Source: Felis catus
Taxonomy: Eukaryota
Length of the DNA stretch: 64,000 bases
Assembly: GCF_018350175.1 (NCBI RefSeq)
Contig: NC_058383.1
Location: 16,122,001-16,186,000 of the forward strand
Direction of reading: 5' to 3'
Position 1 is the first letter of the stretch. Each line of letters opens with the position of its first letter. The translations under genes were made by a program, and so were the position numbers. Below, in pieces: positions 13,611 through 26,300 of this stretch. The notes under the pieces are model-generated. The model searched no databases. It saw nothing but the letters and a program-made list of their open reading frames with translations, and was not told the origin of the DNA.

Positions 13611-14223
13611 AAATAAAAAATCTTAAAAAAAAAAGGAAATTCAAGTGAGGTTTTGTTTGTTCGTGATTATCAGAACTCATACTTTATCGACACTGTGCAG
13701 AGACAATTCTTGAAAGCCAAATTTGAAAGGGTCAACTTTTTTTATCTTCATGAAATTGTCCTATTCACTTCCAGATATGATTAGGGTTGTGACATATTGA
13801 AATCTTCGTGAAAATTATTAATCCAATTAATGTTGGCATTGGGAACAGAGAGTTTATTCATGAGGTATTTACTACTTCATCTGCTGTTATGAACTGTTGC
13901 CAGTGGCATTTACAAAACAAAGGCCTCACACCAGAACTACTTGCAGTGAAAGGTGGCATCTGGGGCGCAGGTGTTGAGGTCAGCATGCTGGGCTATGAGT
14001 GCTGAATGGCACACGTTTGTCCATCATTTTCCTGTAGTCAGCTATTGGGAAACTTTGGTTCATCCAGCTTGATAGGATAGGATAACACTCAGCTTTCACT
14101 TGGCAAGAACCACAAATGCAGGAAAGGCCATGAAAGCACAGGATGGTGCTTGTGCTTAAGAGAATCTTGAGCTTAGGTGAAGTTTTGTAAAAGGAGAATT
14201 AAATTGTTAAAAACTCATCCCAA

Positions 14224-14434
14224 GGGGCGCCTGGGTGGCGCAGTCGGTTAAGCGTCCGACTTCAGCCAGGTCACGATCTCGCGGTCCGTGAGTTCGAGCC
14301 CGGCATCAGGCTCTGGGCTGATGGCTCGGAGCCTGGAGCCTGTTTCCGATTCTGTGTCTCCCTCTCTCTCTGCCCCTCCCCCATTCATGCTCTGTCTCTC
14401 TCTGTCCCAAAAATAAATAAACGTTGAAAAAAAA
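14224..14434 (+). mobile_element. Young CAN-SINE (SINEC_Fc type)
   Basis: Perfect 15-bp TSD aaaaactcatcccaa (14209-14223 and 14434-14448). Confidence 0.93.
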
Positions 14435-16621
14435 AAAACTCATCCCAATCTGTCCAACCTTGATTGATGGAGACTGTCTCCTGGTCATTAAAGAGGTGTG
14501 TTCTTTTTTGGGATAGAGATCAAACATGAAGCTTGTTCATGGCTTTTTTCTGATCAGCAGCTTAGTTTTCTAAGAACCTTTACATTGGGACAGGAGTCCT
14601 TGGAGAGTGGAACTGAGTTTTGAGGCTACTACCAGGGTAATGTCCCATTTATAAATTAATAAATGGACCATCTGGCTTAAAAACCAAGGAGTTCTTTTAG
14701 AAAGAATCTCTCCCTAAGACCCTACCTATGTTGGGAACATGAAAAACTAGAGTTCCTTGACCTATAATATCGTTGGCCACATTCTGTACTGTGGAGACCT
14801 CATCAAGGTAGAGCACTGCCAAAGCACCAGCCCACTGTCTCTACGGGTCATAGTGTGAGTCTGTGGCTGTCATTTCCCCCAGGAGATGCTAGATTCCAGC
14901 TCTCCCTTATGTTTTGTATCCTTCACAGCTCCTGGCATAAGGCCTTGCAGCATGGCAGGTTGCTGAGTCAATGTTGATCTACTGCAGCTCTGACTTCAGA
15001 TTCCATCAGGGCAGTTTTTGTTTCAGAAAGTAAACAGGAGAAGAGTGGACCCAGCCTGGCACTGGCCAATTTAGCAGTTTAAAGGTATAAGCTCTTCAAA
15101 ATGTGGGCAATTCCTCTGATTTTCTGGGTCTGTCTTTGCTCCCAGGGCCCCTCAGATGAAATAAATGCACTTCTCCCAAGGAACTCTCAAAAACACACTC
15201 CCTACTGAGGGTGGATCTGTCTATATTTCTAGGACTCATATCTGAAATCCTCCTTTAAATCCTTCCCCTCCCTAGGCTACCTCCCACCCATCTGCAGGGG
15301 TAGCAAACACGGATCCCAGTGGGGCAGACAGCCAGTTTGCATGAGGGAAGGAGGCCTGTTAACATGGGGGCTGGTGTGAATTGTGACAAACTGAAAGGCA
15401 TTCATATTTGCAAGTTCTTAAAACTGTCCTGGTCAAATCAAATGCATGAACTGGAAGTCCAGTTCAGTCACCTATAGCCAATGTGGGATGTTTGATCCTC
15501 ACCGTATGGTATAAACTGCTTAGGTGTGAACAAAAGGGCCTTTCCCAAAGTGGCTTCCCACAGCTTGCCCTTCGAGTCCAGCCGCTCCCACCTACGTCCC
15601 TACACTCTGCTTACATGACATACTTTTATGCATGCCCTCCCTGGTCACCTTTGCATGTGCATTCTTTTTGTTCCCCAGCATTTATCAAACACCTAATGCA
15701 GCAGGCACTAAAATAGGTGCTGAGGAAACAAACGTGAACAAGAGTTTCTGACCTCATGGAGTTTACAGGGTCGTGAGAGACATATACATTAGATAATTAC
15801 CAGCCTGTGACAAGGGATATGAGAGCAGTACAGGGTGTGACTGAAACGTACACAAAGAGCACCTTGCCAGATCAGGGAGAGCAGGTTTGGGAAGGCTTTT
15901 CAGAGGAGTAGATATTAGCTGCAGCTGAAGGGGAGCTGAAGAAGCAAGGATGAGGGTGAAAGGGTAAGGGAGGGTGTAGGGAGAGGGCTTCCTAGAAGAA
16001 GAAGCAGCACTTGTAAAGGTCCCTAAGGAAACTGACATTCCATGTGATTTGAGACTAAGGATGTGAGAAGGGTGGCATAAGATAAAACTGGGAAGGTGAG
16101 CAAAGTCCAGATCTTCCCAAGCTTTGTGGCCAAACAAAGGAGTTCAGATTTTGTCCTAAGGGCAATGGGCAGCCACCAACAGTTTTTAGTCAAAGACCGT
16201 TTGGACCCAAATTTGCCTTTTAGAAGAATCACTCTGGCTTCAGTGTGGAGGACAGGCTGACGTAGCAAGCCTGGAGGTAAAGAGGACAATTACAGGGTCA
16301 TCATAATAAACCAGCCAGAGATGATGGTGGCCTGGCCTGAGGAACAACACTGGGGTGGAAAGCATGGACCAGACTTGGGAGACAGAAGTGACATACCTCA
16401 GAGACTGATTATGAGATTAGGAGGAGGTGTCAATGATGAACGTGGAGTGCCCTGATCTAGTCATCCTTTCAGCTAAATTCTCTCATTAGCCCTCATGGAC
16501 CTTCCAGGCACCTTTCTACCTGCTGCCCCAGCACTCTGTCCCACTGCTAGTTTAGCACAGCGTATTGTTTAATGGTGACAGGTTGTTCGTCCTATTTCCT
16601 TGTTATGTTGGGCAGGGACCC

Positions 16622-17506
16622 TGTGTCAGTCAGGGTCAAATTAGGAGATGGAAGCCATACAGTAATTTTAACAGTTTAAGTTTAATGTGTAGAATTACAC
16701 ATTACACAAGAAATTTCAGTAAAGACAACTCTAAAGAATATAGATCGGCAGATATAAGGTTCATCGACCACCTCTGAGGCTGGGGTAGAGCACTAGGCCT
16801 GAGAACCAGACCCAGTTGGAGAGGGCGTGGCTGTGGAAATTGGATGGCACAGTTGCTTGGTGCTGTGCCAATGGTAGTTGCTGGAAATCTGCCCTCCAGA
16901 ATTTGCTGGAAACCTACCTTCTGAGGTCCCAAAGAAAGCCATTTCCTAGAAAGGTGTCTCACTGGAGGCACCCTCCTACAAAGCCAACTAAAGGGTGTTG
17001 CAGGGGAAAGCTGCTGGGTGCTGCTTACCACTATTACTACAGAAGCCAGGCTCTGGAAGAACTACATGAGCTGCAGAGTCGTGGCGCTGGAAAAGCCTTC
17101 TGTGTTGCAGGAGCTGGGCACTGAGGAATCCACACATACTTCTGGAACCACTGAAATACACCAGAATAAGAAGGAAAACCCCTTGCTCATGCAATCGCTC
17201 ACCAGAGCCCACAGCTGACAAAGCTTAACATTGTGTCATCTGACAAAGGAAAAATTTCTTTTTAAAAAAGTTTATTGGGGTGCCTGGGTGGTTCAGTCGA
17301 TGAAGCGTCCGACTCTGGCTCAGGTCATGATCTTGAGGTTCGTGAGTTTGAGCCCCACGTTGGGCTCTGTGTTGACAGCTCAGAGCCTGGAGCCTGCTTC
17401 AGATTCTGTGTCTCCCTCTCTCTCTGCCCCTCCCCCACTCACACTCCGTATCTTTCTCTCTCTGAAAAATAAGTAAACATTTTTTAGAAGTTTAGTTATT
17501 TATTTT

Positions 17507-17590
<84 letters not shown>

Positions 17591-17847
17591 GTGGGGGAAG
17601 GGCAGGGAGAGAGGTAGAGAGAGAATCCCAAGCAGGCTCTTGTGCAGTGCAGAGCCCAACGCAGGGCTCAATCCCATGAACCATGAGATCATGATTTGAG
17701 CCAAGATCAAAAATTGGATGTCTAACTAACTAAGCCACCCAGGCGCCCTGGAAAAATTACTTTTAAATGGCCCAGCTCTGTTTTTGCACAAGCAAGCAAT
17801 GAAGAGTGAATTTGGAGCCAAGAGGCAATAAATTGGTAAGCAGCACA
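16622..17847. mobile_element. Old solo LTR (LTR78-like from recall) containing two nested SINEs
   Basis: TG...CA termini (tgtgtcag...cagcaca) flanked by a 5-bp direct repeat GACCC (16617-16621 and 17848-17852). Confidence 0.6.
17277..17748. mobile_element. Two CAN-SINEs tail to tail (+ 17277-17485; - 17495-17748 with a long (GA)n tract)
   Basis: Plus-strand head ggggtgcctgggtgg at 17277; minus-strand head ccacccaggcgccc ending at ~17748. Confidence 0.88.
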
Positions 17848-17929
17848 GACCCCTTCTTGTTTATCCTCGCTGCTGGAGTACCACAGGGGGCTAGAAATCA
17901 ACATGTCAAGAAAAGTTCAGAATGAAGAA

Positions 17930-20455
17930 ATGTAAATTCAAGTCCTTTGTCTGTTTTGAAATTTTGTTGCTGTTGTTGATGAGTTTCATCAACTCATCAG
18001 ATACATGATTTGCAAATATTTTCTCCCAGTACCATAGGTTGCTTTTTCATTCTCTTGAGAGTGTCCTTTGAAGTACAGAAGTTTTCAATTTTGATGAAGT
18101 TCAGTTTATCTATTTTTTCTTCTGTTGCTTGTGCTTTTAGGGTCATATCCAAGAAATCATTGCCAAATCCAACTTTTCTCCTATGTTTGCTTCTAAGAGT
18201 TTTATAAAGTCAGGTCTCATGTTTAGGTGTTTGATTTACTTTAATTTTTGTATGTAATGTAAGGTAAGGGGTCAACTTCATTCTTTCGCATGTGAATATC
18301 CTGTTTACTTAGCACCATCTGTTAAAAAGTACTTAACCATATATGCAAAGACTTATTTCTGGGCTCTCCATTCTTTTCCATTGATCTATATGTCGGCCTT
18401 ATTCTAGTACCACAGTTGTTAAAAAAATTTTTTTAATGTTTATTTATTTTTGAGAGGACGAGGTGTGAGCGGGGGAGGGGAAGAAAGAGAGGGAGACACA
18501 GAATCCGAAGCAGACTCCGGCTCTACACTGTCAGCACAGAGCCCAACACGTGGCTTGAACTCATGAACTTTGAGATTGTGACCTGAGCTGTAGTCGGACA
18601 CTTAACCGACTGAGCCAACCAAGGGCCCCCACAGTTTTTTTTTTTTTTTGAAGTTTTGCTTATTTATTTTGAGACAGAGAACAAGACAGTGCATGTGAGT
18701 GGGGGGAAGGGCACAGAGAGAAGGAGAGAGAGAATCCTGAGTGCAAAGCCAGATGTGGGGCACAAACCCATGAACCATGAGATTATGACCTGAGCCAAAA
18801 CCAAGAGTCTGATGCTTAACCCACTGAGCCACCCAGGCATACCACCATACTATTCTGATTACTTTAGCTTTGTAGTTTGTTTTGAAATAAGGGAGTGGGC
18901 CTCCAAGTTTTTTTTTTCAAGATTGTTTTGGCTATTCAAGATCCCTTCATATTCCATATGAATTTTAGGATGGGATTTTTCTACATCTGAAATAAAAATT
19001 ATTATGTTGTGATGGGGATTGCATCAAATCTGGAGATCACTTTGGGTAGTGTGGAAATCTTAATTTTTCTATTTATTTACACCTTCCTTAATTTTCAGCA
19101 ATGTTTTGTAGTTTTCAGTGTACAATTCTTTTGACTTCTTGATCAGATTTGTTCCTAAGTATTTTATTCTTTTTGAGGCTATTGTAAATGGAATGTTCTC
19201 AATTTCCTTTTTAGAATGTTACCATTGCTGATGAAAAATGTGACTGATTTTTCAATGTTGATTTTTGTATCCTGGGATTTTGCTGAATTTATTAGTTATA
19301 GTGTTTGTCTGTGTGTGTGTCTGTGTGTGTGTGGGGGGGCTCTTTAGACTTTTCTACATATAAAATCATGTTATCAGCAAACAGGGATAATTTTGGGGTG
19401 CCTGGGTGACTCAGTTCGTTAAGCATCCAACTTCGGCTCAGCTCATGATCTCCCAGTTTGTGGGTTCAAGTCCTGCACTGGGCTCTGTGCTGACAGTTCA
19501 GAGTCTGGAGCCTGCTTTGGATTCTGTGTCTCCCTCTCTCTCTGCCCCTCCCCCATTCACACTCTGTCTGTCTCTCAAAAAAAATAAATAAACATTAAAA
19601 AAAAGAATGTGTGGTTAATTTCAACATATTTGTGAATTTTCACATCTTCCTTCTGTTAATGATTTCTAGTATCATTCCATTGAAATCAGAAAAGAAATTA
19701 TGTATGATTGCAAACTCTTTAAAGTTACTGGGGCAGCTAGGTAGCGTCTCACTTCAGCTAAGGTGATGATCTTGCGGTTTGTGGGTTCAAGCCCCACATC
19801 AGGCTCTGTGCTGACAGCTCAGAGCCTGGACCCTGCTTCGGATTCTGGGTCTTCCTCTCTCTTCCTATCTCTCTCTCAGAAATAAAGAAATATTTTAAAA
19901 TAAAATAAAATAAAATAAAATAAAATAAAATAAAATAAAATAAAATAAAATAATTTAGACTTGTTTTCTAGCTTAACATATAGTCTATCCTGGAGAACAT
20001 TCCATGGGCACTTGAGAAAAATGTGTATTCTGCTTTTGTTGGTCCAACTGTTCTATGCATGTCTGTTAGGTTTAATTGGTTTATAGTGTTGTTCAAGTCT
20101 TCTATTTTATTACTGATCTTTTGTCTGATTGTTCTATCTATTATTGCAAGTGGTCACTGATATGTCCAACTATTGTAGAGCTGTTTATTTCTCCCTTCAA
20201 TTCTTTCAATGTTTGTTTCATATACTTTGGATTTCTGGTATTTTGTACATGTATGTTTATAATTATGGTATCTTCTTGCGAAGTTATCATCAATATAATG
20301 CCCTTCTTTGTCACTTGCAACAATTATTGACATAAGGTCTATTTTGTCTCATATTAGTTTAGCTACCTTAGCTCTCTTCTTCTGGTTACCATACATGAAA
20401 TCTCTTTTCCATTCTTTCATTTTTAACCTATTTGCGTCAGATCTGAAATGAATGT
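17930..20455 (-). mobile_element. Fragmented antisense L1 with four inserted CAN-SINEs (~18420-18630 -, 18635-18842 -, 19394-19605 +, 19730-19955 +)
   Basis: Reverse-strand L1 blocks (tttgcaaatattttctccca, gattgttttggctattc, ccatatgaattttagga). The minus ORF 20141-20323 reads QEDTIIINIHVQNTRNPKYMKQTLKELKGEINSSTIVG, an L1 ORF2 endonuclease remnant. Confidence 0.82.
19896..19953 (+). repeat. (TAAAA)n pentanucleotide repeat (SINE tail)
   Basis: Directly visible run of taaaa units. Confidence 0.9.
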
Positions 20456-20461
20456 CTTGGG

Positions 20462-21060
20462 CTTTTCCTCCTGCTCCTCCAACCCCAGTGCCACTCCGGC
20501 TGTACCACGCTGGCTCAGAGCTCTCTGCTCCTGTTGAACTAGCACCACTGTTGTCTCTCTCCAGCTGCAGACATCATTATCTACCAGGACTTCATCAGCC
20601 ATGATGAGATATTCTCCAACAACTACAAAATCCAGATCATGGACAGGCTATGCCTGGAAGTGGAGGGATCAGTAGGACAGAGGGTAACACTGATGACTGG
20701 TTCATTGGTGGAAATGCCTCTGATGAAGGCCCCAAAGGTGAAGGTACCAAAAGGACATTAACCACTGGTGTTGATGTTGTCATGAACCAGACATGGTTCA
20801 TGGTTTTCTGCCGGAAACCAGATTCACAAAAGAAGCATATAAGAAGTACGTAAAAGATTACATGAAGTCAATCAATGGCAAACTTGAAGAACAGAGGCCA
20901 GAAAGACTAACAACTTTTATGAGAGGGACTGCAAAACAAATCAAGCACACCCTTGCTAATTTCAAAAACTACCAGTTCTTTATTGGTGAAAACATGAATC
21001 TAGATGGCATGGTTGCTCTGTTGGACTATTGTGAGAATGGTGTGACCTCATACCTGATTT
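20462..21060 (+). pseudogene. Processed TPT1 (TCTP) pseudogene
   Basis: Starts with a 5'TOP-like cttttcc. Start codon degraded (atc att atc tac cag gac = IIIYQD). Fragments [70 protein letters not shown] lie in shifting frames with no introns. The 3' end is cut by a young antisense SINE. Confidence 0.92.
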
Positions 21061-21296
21061 TTTTATTTTTTTTATTTTTTTTAATTTTTTTTTCAACATT
21101 TATTTATTTTTGGGACAGAGAGAGACAGAGCATGAACGGGGGAGGGGCAGAGAGAGAGGGAGACACAGAATCGGAAACAGGCTCCAGGCTCTGAGCCATC
21201 AGCCCAGAGCCCGACGTGGGGCTCGAACTCACAGACCGCGAGATCGTGACCTGGCTGAAGTCGGACGCTTAACTGACTGCGCCACCCAGGCGCCCC
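21058..21296 (-). mobile_element. Young CAN-SINE (SINEC_Fc type) at the 3' end of the TPT1 pseudogene; an older antisense SINE follows at ~21360-21568
   Basis: Reverse complement of the young SINE consensus. The second SINE has TSD caggcatttattttat. Confidence 0.9.
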
Positions 21297-22870
21297 AATT
21301 TTTAATGGTCTTGGTGGTTTACACATCCATATTTATTTATTTACTTAACAGGCATTTATTTTATTTTATTTTTAAATGTTTTATTTATTTTTGGGAGAGA
21401 GAGAGAGAGTGTGAGCAGGGGAGGGGCAGAAAGAGAGGGGGACAGAAGATCCTAAGCAGGCTCTTCGTGGCAGCTGAGAGCCAATGCAGGGCTTGAACCC
21501 ATGAGCCGTGAGATCATGACCTGATCTGAAGTCAGACACTTAACCAACTGAGCACCTAGGTGCCCCTATCAGGCATTTATTTTATACTGACCGTGAGCTA
21601 GAGATGGGGGTGGGGAAAATGTGTTTCTAATCTTACAGAGGAGTTAGACAAATGCACAAGTAATACAAAGGCATGAATAAGTGGGAAAGGGCAAGAAATG
21701 TTGAATATAAGGCATAGCCAGGTCTGAGTTTGTGATGAGTTTCACTTAAGTCTTATCAGAAGGATCTCAGAGACCTGGAGCAAGCTCTGCTATGGCCCAA
21801 ATGCAGAAACAGAGAGTCATTCCACCATAGGCCTTGAGGAAGTGACTTAGGACTTGGCTGAATCTCCATTTCTCCTTCTATCTTATGAGGTACTTTCAAT
21901 AATTCATTAGAAAGTAACGAGATAGAGTTTTATAAACTCTATAAACTCTTGTTATGCTAACAAGAGGGATTTAAGTCTGCTCCTGAAACATGGTTGTTAG
22001 TTGTTTATCCCCTGGGTCTGAAGTCAAACCACTCAACAAGATACAAAGTTCACTTTAAAATCTTACTGCAATGATATCATCAGAATTAATTCAGAGTCCT
22101 GCGACAAGACAGCAAGACAGATGGTGGCACCAGCTTTTAAATATCATCTCAGAAGCTAGGAAGGCAGGGATGTTTAGCAACCTGTGAACTGACAAACAAG
22201 GAATTCATATAAAGAGGCACAGTAAAATGAAAGAAACAATTACTTAGGGGTCTGAAGATCTCACCCTTAGTCTGGTTCTGCTTTTTACTAGTTATATAAC
22301 CTTGGGGAAGTTGTTAAACTGTTTCCTCATCTGGAAAATTGGGACAGTAATAGCTCACACTGTTCTTATAAAGATCAAAAACATAATACATGGTTTTAAG
22401 ATTATTGTCTCTAGAGTGAAATATACCACAAAAGACTCTTAACTATAGAGGGTTGATGGAGGGAGATAGGTGGGGGGTGGGCTAAATGGGTGATGGGTGT
22501 TAAGGAGGGCACTTGCTGAGATGAGCATTTGGCGTTGCATGTAAGTGATCAATCACTGAATTCTACTCATGAAACTTAAAAAAAAAAAGTCTCTAAATCC
22601 ATTCTCTACACTAAAAAGATCAAGGACTCCTTGGAGAAATGGTTGATTCCAGGTCTGGGGCATAGAGTGTACATGATGAGCCTGGATGGACATCTTGGTT
22701 TACCAGAAAACAAGGGCATTCTCCATGACTACTAGTTTAATGCCAAAAGAACACAGGAATCACAGGAAGGAGCTCCCACTGGCCAAAGATGGAACAATTT
22801 GAGAAATAAAAAATAATAAAAATGAAGTTGATCAAACACATTGACTGTGTTTTTATAAGATTCATGAGTT

Positions 22871-23036
22871 TGGGGCACCTGGGTGGCTCAGTCGGTTAAG
22901 CATCCAACCTCGGCTCAGGTCATGATCTCACCATGGCTTGTGGATTTGAGCCCCACATTGGGCTCTGTGCAGACAGCTCAAAGCCTGGAGCCTGCTTCAG
23001 ATTTTGTGTCTCCCTCTCTCTGCCCCTCCCCCACTC

Positions 23037-23086
<50 letters not shown>

Positions 23087-23115
23087 TCAAAAGTAAATAA
23101 ACATTTTTAAAAAAA
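22871..23115 (+). mobile_element. CAN-SINE with internal (TG)n microsatellite
   Basis: SINE head ggggcacctgggtggctcag; (TG)n at ~23041-23085; TSD aagattcatgagttt. Confidence 0.88.
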
Positions 23116-23291
23116 GATTCATGAGTTTATTCTCAAGAGAAAAAAAACATAGAGTCCATTAGCGTCCTGAAAATCCATCTTTAAAAGGGAATTATGGGTA
23201 CCTGTCTGACTCAGTTGGAAGAGCATGTTACTCTTAATCTTGGGGTCATGGGTTTGAGCCCATGAGTGGCTCTACCCAATGAGTGTAGAGA

Positions 23292-23323
<32 letters not shown>

Positions 23324-25599
23324 ACTTTAAAAAAAATAAAATAATTAAACATTTGTTTTGCCTTTCTTGTCAAAATATATTTCAGGGTAACCAAATAGCC
23401 TAAGTCCATGAGAGAAAGACATCTAGCAAATAAATGTGGAAGAAATGATTGAATTATAAAATTATCATCTCATAGCCCCTAGTGAAATAATAGCAAATGA
23501 ACATAATAGCAAATAAAGTAATGAACTATGGATGAAATCATTGGATAAAAGTTTATGTGGAACTTCACAATTTCAGGGAAAGAGTGTTACCATATGAGCC
23601 CATTGATCAGTCACAGCATCACTAAAATTGGGACAATGAACTATTGTGGATCTCCTGTTGTGATACCAACACACATTACTTCCTAGGAACTTTTTCTTGC
23701 CCCCCAAATGGAATCTGAATATAAACAAACTTCTAGATTCAACCTCAATTTACAGGAAATATGGAAGAGAGAGGAACAAGTTAAATGACACCACAAAGAA
23801 GCAGACACATCCACAAAGTGGGACATTTTACAGGATAACTGACCCAAATTCTTCAACAAGTCAATGTCAGGGGAAAATGAAAAGGACAGGAAGACTGCCC
23901 TAGAATATGAGACTTCCAAGCAAACTTCATGTATAGATTTTGTATGTATTCTGAGGTCTTTTAGACAATCAGAGTAATTTGATTCTGGACTGCGTATTAG
24001 ATAAAAACAGGACCAGTTGATTTTGTCAGGTGTGAAAATAACACTGAAGTTTATGTAAGAAAGGAGTCTAGTTTTTTAGAGCTGTATACTGAGAAATATA
24101 GGAGTAAAATGACATAAGATCTGCAACAGAGGAAAACAAAGGGATATATAAAGCAAATATGACAAGGGGCACCTGGGTGGCTTGGTCAGTTAAGCGTCTG
24201 ACTCTTGAATTTGGCTCAGGTCATGATCTCAAGATTGGTGAGTTCAAGTCTGCAGCGGGCTCTCACTGACCAAATGGAGCTGGCTTCGGATTCTCTCTCT
24301 TCCTCTCTGTCTCTCAAAATAAATAAACTTTTTAAAAAATGTGACAGGTCTTGACAATTGTTCAGTCCGTGTGATGGGATATGGGAGTTCACTGTTCTAT
24401 TCTTTGCACTTTTAAGAATATCTTAGTATTTTCGTAACACAAAATCTAAAGAGTTTTTTTTAAGATCATGTATGGGGGAGTAGTAAAAGGATAAATATTA
24501 GTTTCTTTCCCAACAGCAAATGTAAGACACGTGGGTGGAAGAGAAAAAATCCCCTCGGTGTTTTATTAAAAACACTCTCCTGGGACTTGTTCATTTAAAG
24601 AACCACCAAAATTGCCCTGAGAGCGTGGTATGTAGGCCACGCCCCACCAGGGATACGACTTCAGAGTGCGGAAGAAAAAATTCAAATGGACAACAAACAG
24701 CAAGATCAAATATCTGGGAAGCACCCCCCCCCCGCCAACTTTTTTTTTAAGTAGGGTATTATTTTGATCTATTAAAAAGAAAATCCCCCAGGGGATAGCT
24801 GCAATTTTTGTGGGAAGACAATTATCTGGGCTACTTAAAGGCGTTCTTCGCTACAACTCCCTGAGAGAAGCTTTTAGAGACACACTAATTAGGTAATTAG
24901 ACCTGGGAGTCGCCCCGGAGTGTAATGACTCCCGCTCCGCGGTGCAGCGGCGCCCCTCCGCTAAGAGGCCGACGTGGCCTTTTCCGGTGCAGTAACCCTG
25001 ACGGATTCCTCTCTCCTTCGCCCCTCTCCTGGAGAACCCTTCCCCGCCCAGGGGACCCCAGCGCAATGTGCACTGACTGGCCGGACCCTCGGCTCGCGCT
25101 AAATACCCTGCACCGCCACTCCCTACTCCCGGCTCTCACCCCAAATTGCCGGCGCGAGGTTACCCCGTGTATTGTAGCCTAACTGCGGCACTTGAGTAAC
25201 CGCGGATAATCCGAAATCGCGCAGTTCCGGGTCTTATAGCAGGCCGCGTGCCTTTTGCTTTATAATCCCTCGCTTAAAGCAATTAATTCACACTCCTTAT
25301 CAAAAACGGGTACGGTGGAAAAGAAAAACAGCTAATGTATATATGGCCCTTCAAGCCATAAATACTGTCAACATTTTGATGAGTTTCCTTTCAATCTTTT
25401 ATATAGACAGATCTTTAAAAAATACGCTACTGGGATACCAGAGATATTTCTTCAAAAGTGAATCTTTCACTTTACATTATTACTGAGCACTTTCTGATGT
25501 CATCAAACAGCCTAACAAAATGTTTACTGCTGATGAAAGTCCTCGAGAGGAACACACATTTTCTTTAAGTAGTCCCCTGTTGTTGACACTTGTAGTTTT

Positions 25600-26300
25600 T
25601 CATTCTTGACCGACATAAAATGTTCGGTCGGATTTTGCCAAATGCCCCTCTCGCGGCGGCGGCGCACAGGCCCGGATAGACAAAGTGGTCACTGTGGCGG
25701 GGGCTGGAAAGCAGAAGGTCACGCGCGACCACTTCCCGGCTCTGTTAGGTCATCAATAAGCTCCGCCCCCGCAGGCACAGCCAATCGAAACGCGAGGCGG
25801 GGTCTCCCAGAAGCGTGCGCGTGCGCCGGCCGGCGGCCATGGGGGACGACGAGATGGGCCCGGCGTTTCTCAACGCCCGGGCTCGGGTCCGGCAGCCTCC
25901 AGCCGAGGCGTGGCCGCCCGTGAGCTCCGAGGATGAGCTCTACGATTGCCTGGATTATTACTACCTACGCGACTTCCCGGCCTGCGGGGCCGGGCGCAGC
26001 AAGGGCCGGACGCGGCGCGAGCGGGAACTGCGCACCAACTGGCCAGTGCCCGGAGGCCACGAGCGCAAGATCGCGCAGAAGCTCCTCAACGGTCAGCGCC
26101 AGCGTCGCCAGCGCCAGCTGCAGCCCCGGGCGCGCACTCGCCTCGCCTGAGCACAGGTGCGTGCGGGCTGCACCTGGCCAGGACTCTGGGAAGCCCCGTG
26201 AGCGCCCTGGCCACCCGGGTGCCTCTCGCGTCCGCCCTCTGTGACTGCACCCGGGCAGAGTCGCCTCCTTCCGAGGCTGCTTCGCGTTAGCGAGTCGTAG
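25600..26300 (+). promoter_or_regulatory. CpG island / NUPR2 promoter
   Basis: CpG-dense. GC box ccgcccc (~25763), CCAAT box agccaatc (~25779), NRF1-like tgcgcgtgcgc (~25816) and ETS-like cacttcccgg (~25730) upstream of the ATG. Confidence 0.75.
25839..26150 (+). CDS. NUPR2: Nuclear protein 2 (NUPR1-like, p8 family), 103 aa, coding sequence in a single exon
   Basis: ATG at 25839 in strong Kozak context (gccATGg) within a CpG island. Translation contains EDELYDCLDYYYLRDFPACGAGRSKGRTRRE..LRTNWPVPGGHERKIAQKLLNGQRQRRQRQL, matching NUPR2 as recalled. Second in-frame ATG at 25854. Lies next to CHCHD2, as in other mammals. Confidence 0.95.
   Translation: MGDDEMGPAFLNARARVRQPPAEAWPPVSSEDELYDCLDYYYLRDFPACGAGRSKGRTRRERELRTNWPVPGGHERKIAQKLLNGQRQRRQRQLQPRARTRLA

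Noticed and set aside
13640..14760. Unique-looking sequence checked for a hidden pseudogene or exon; also 200-800
   Set aside because: I recognised no protein or RNA family and no consistent splice structure. A BLAST or conservation check would be needed to say more.
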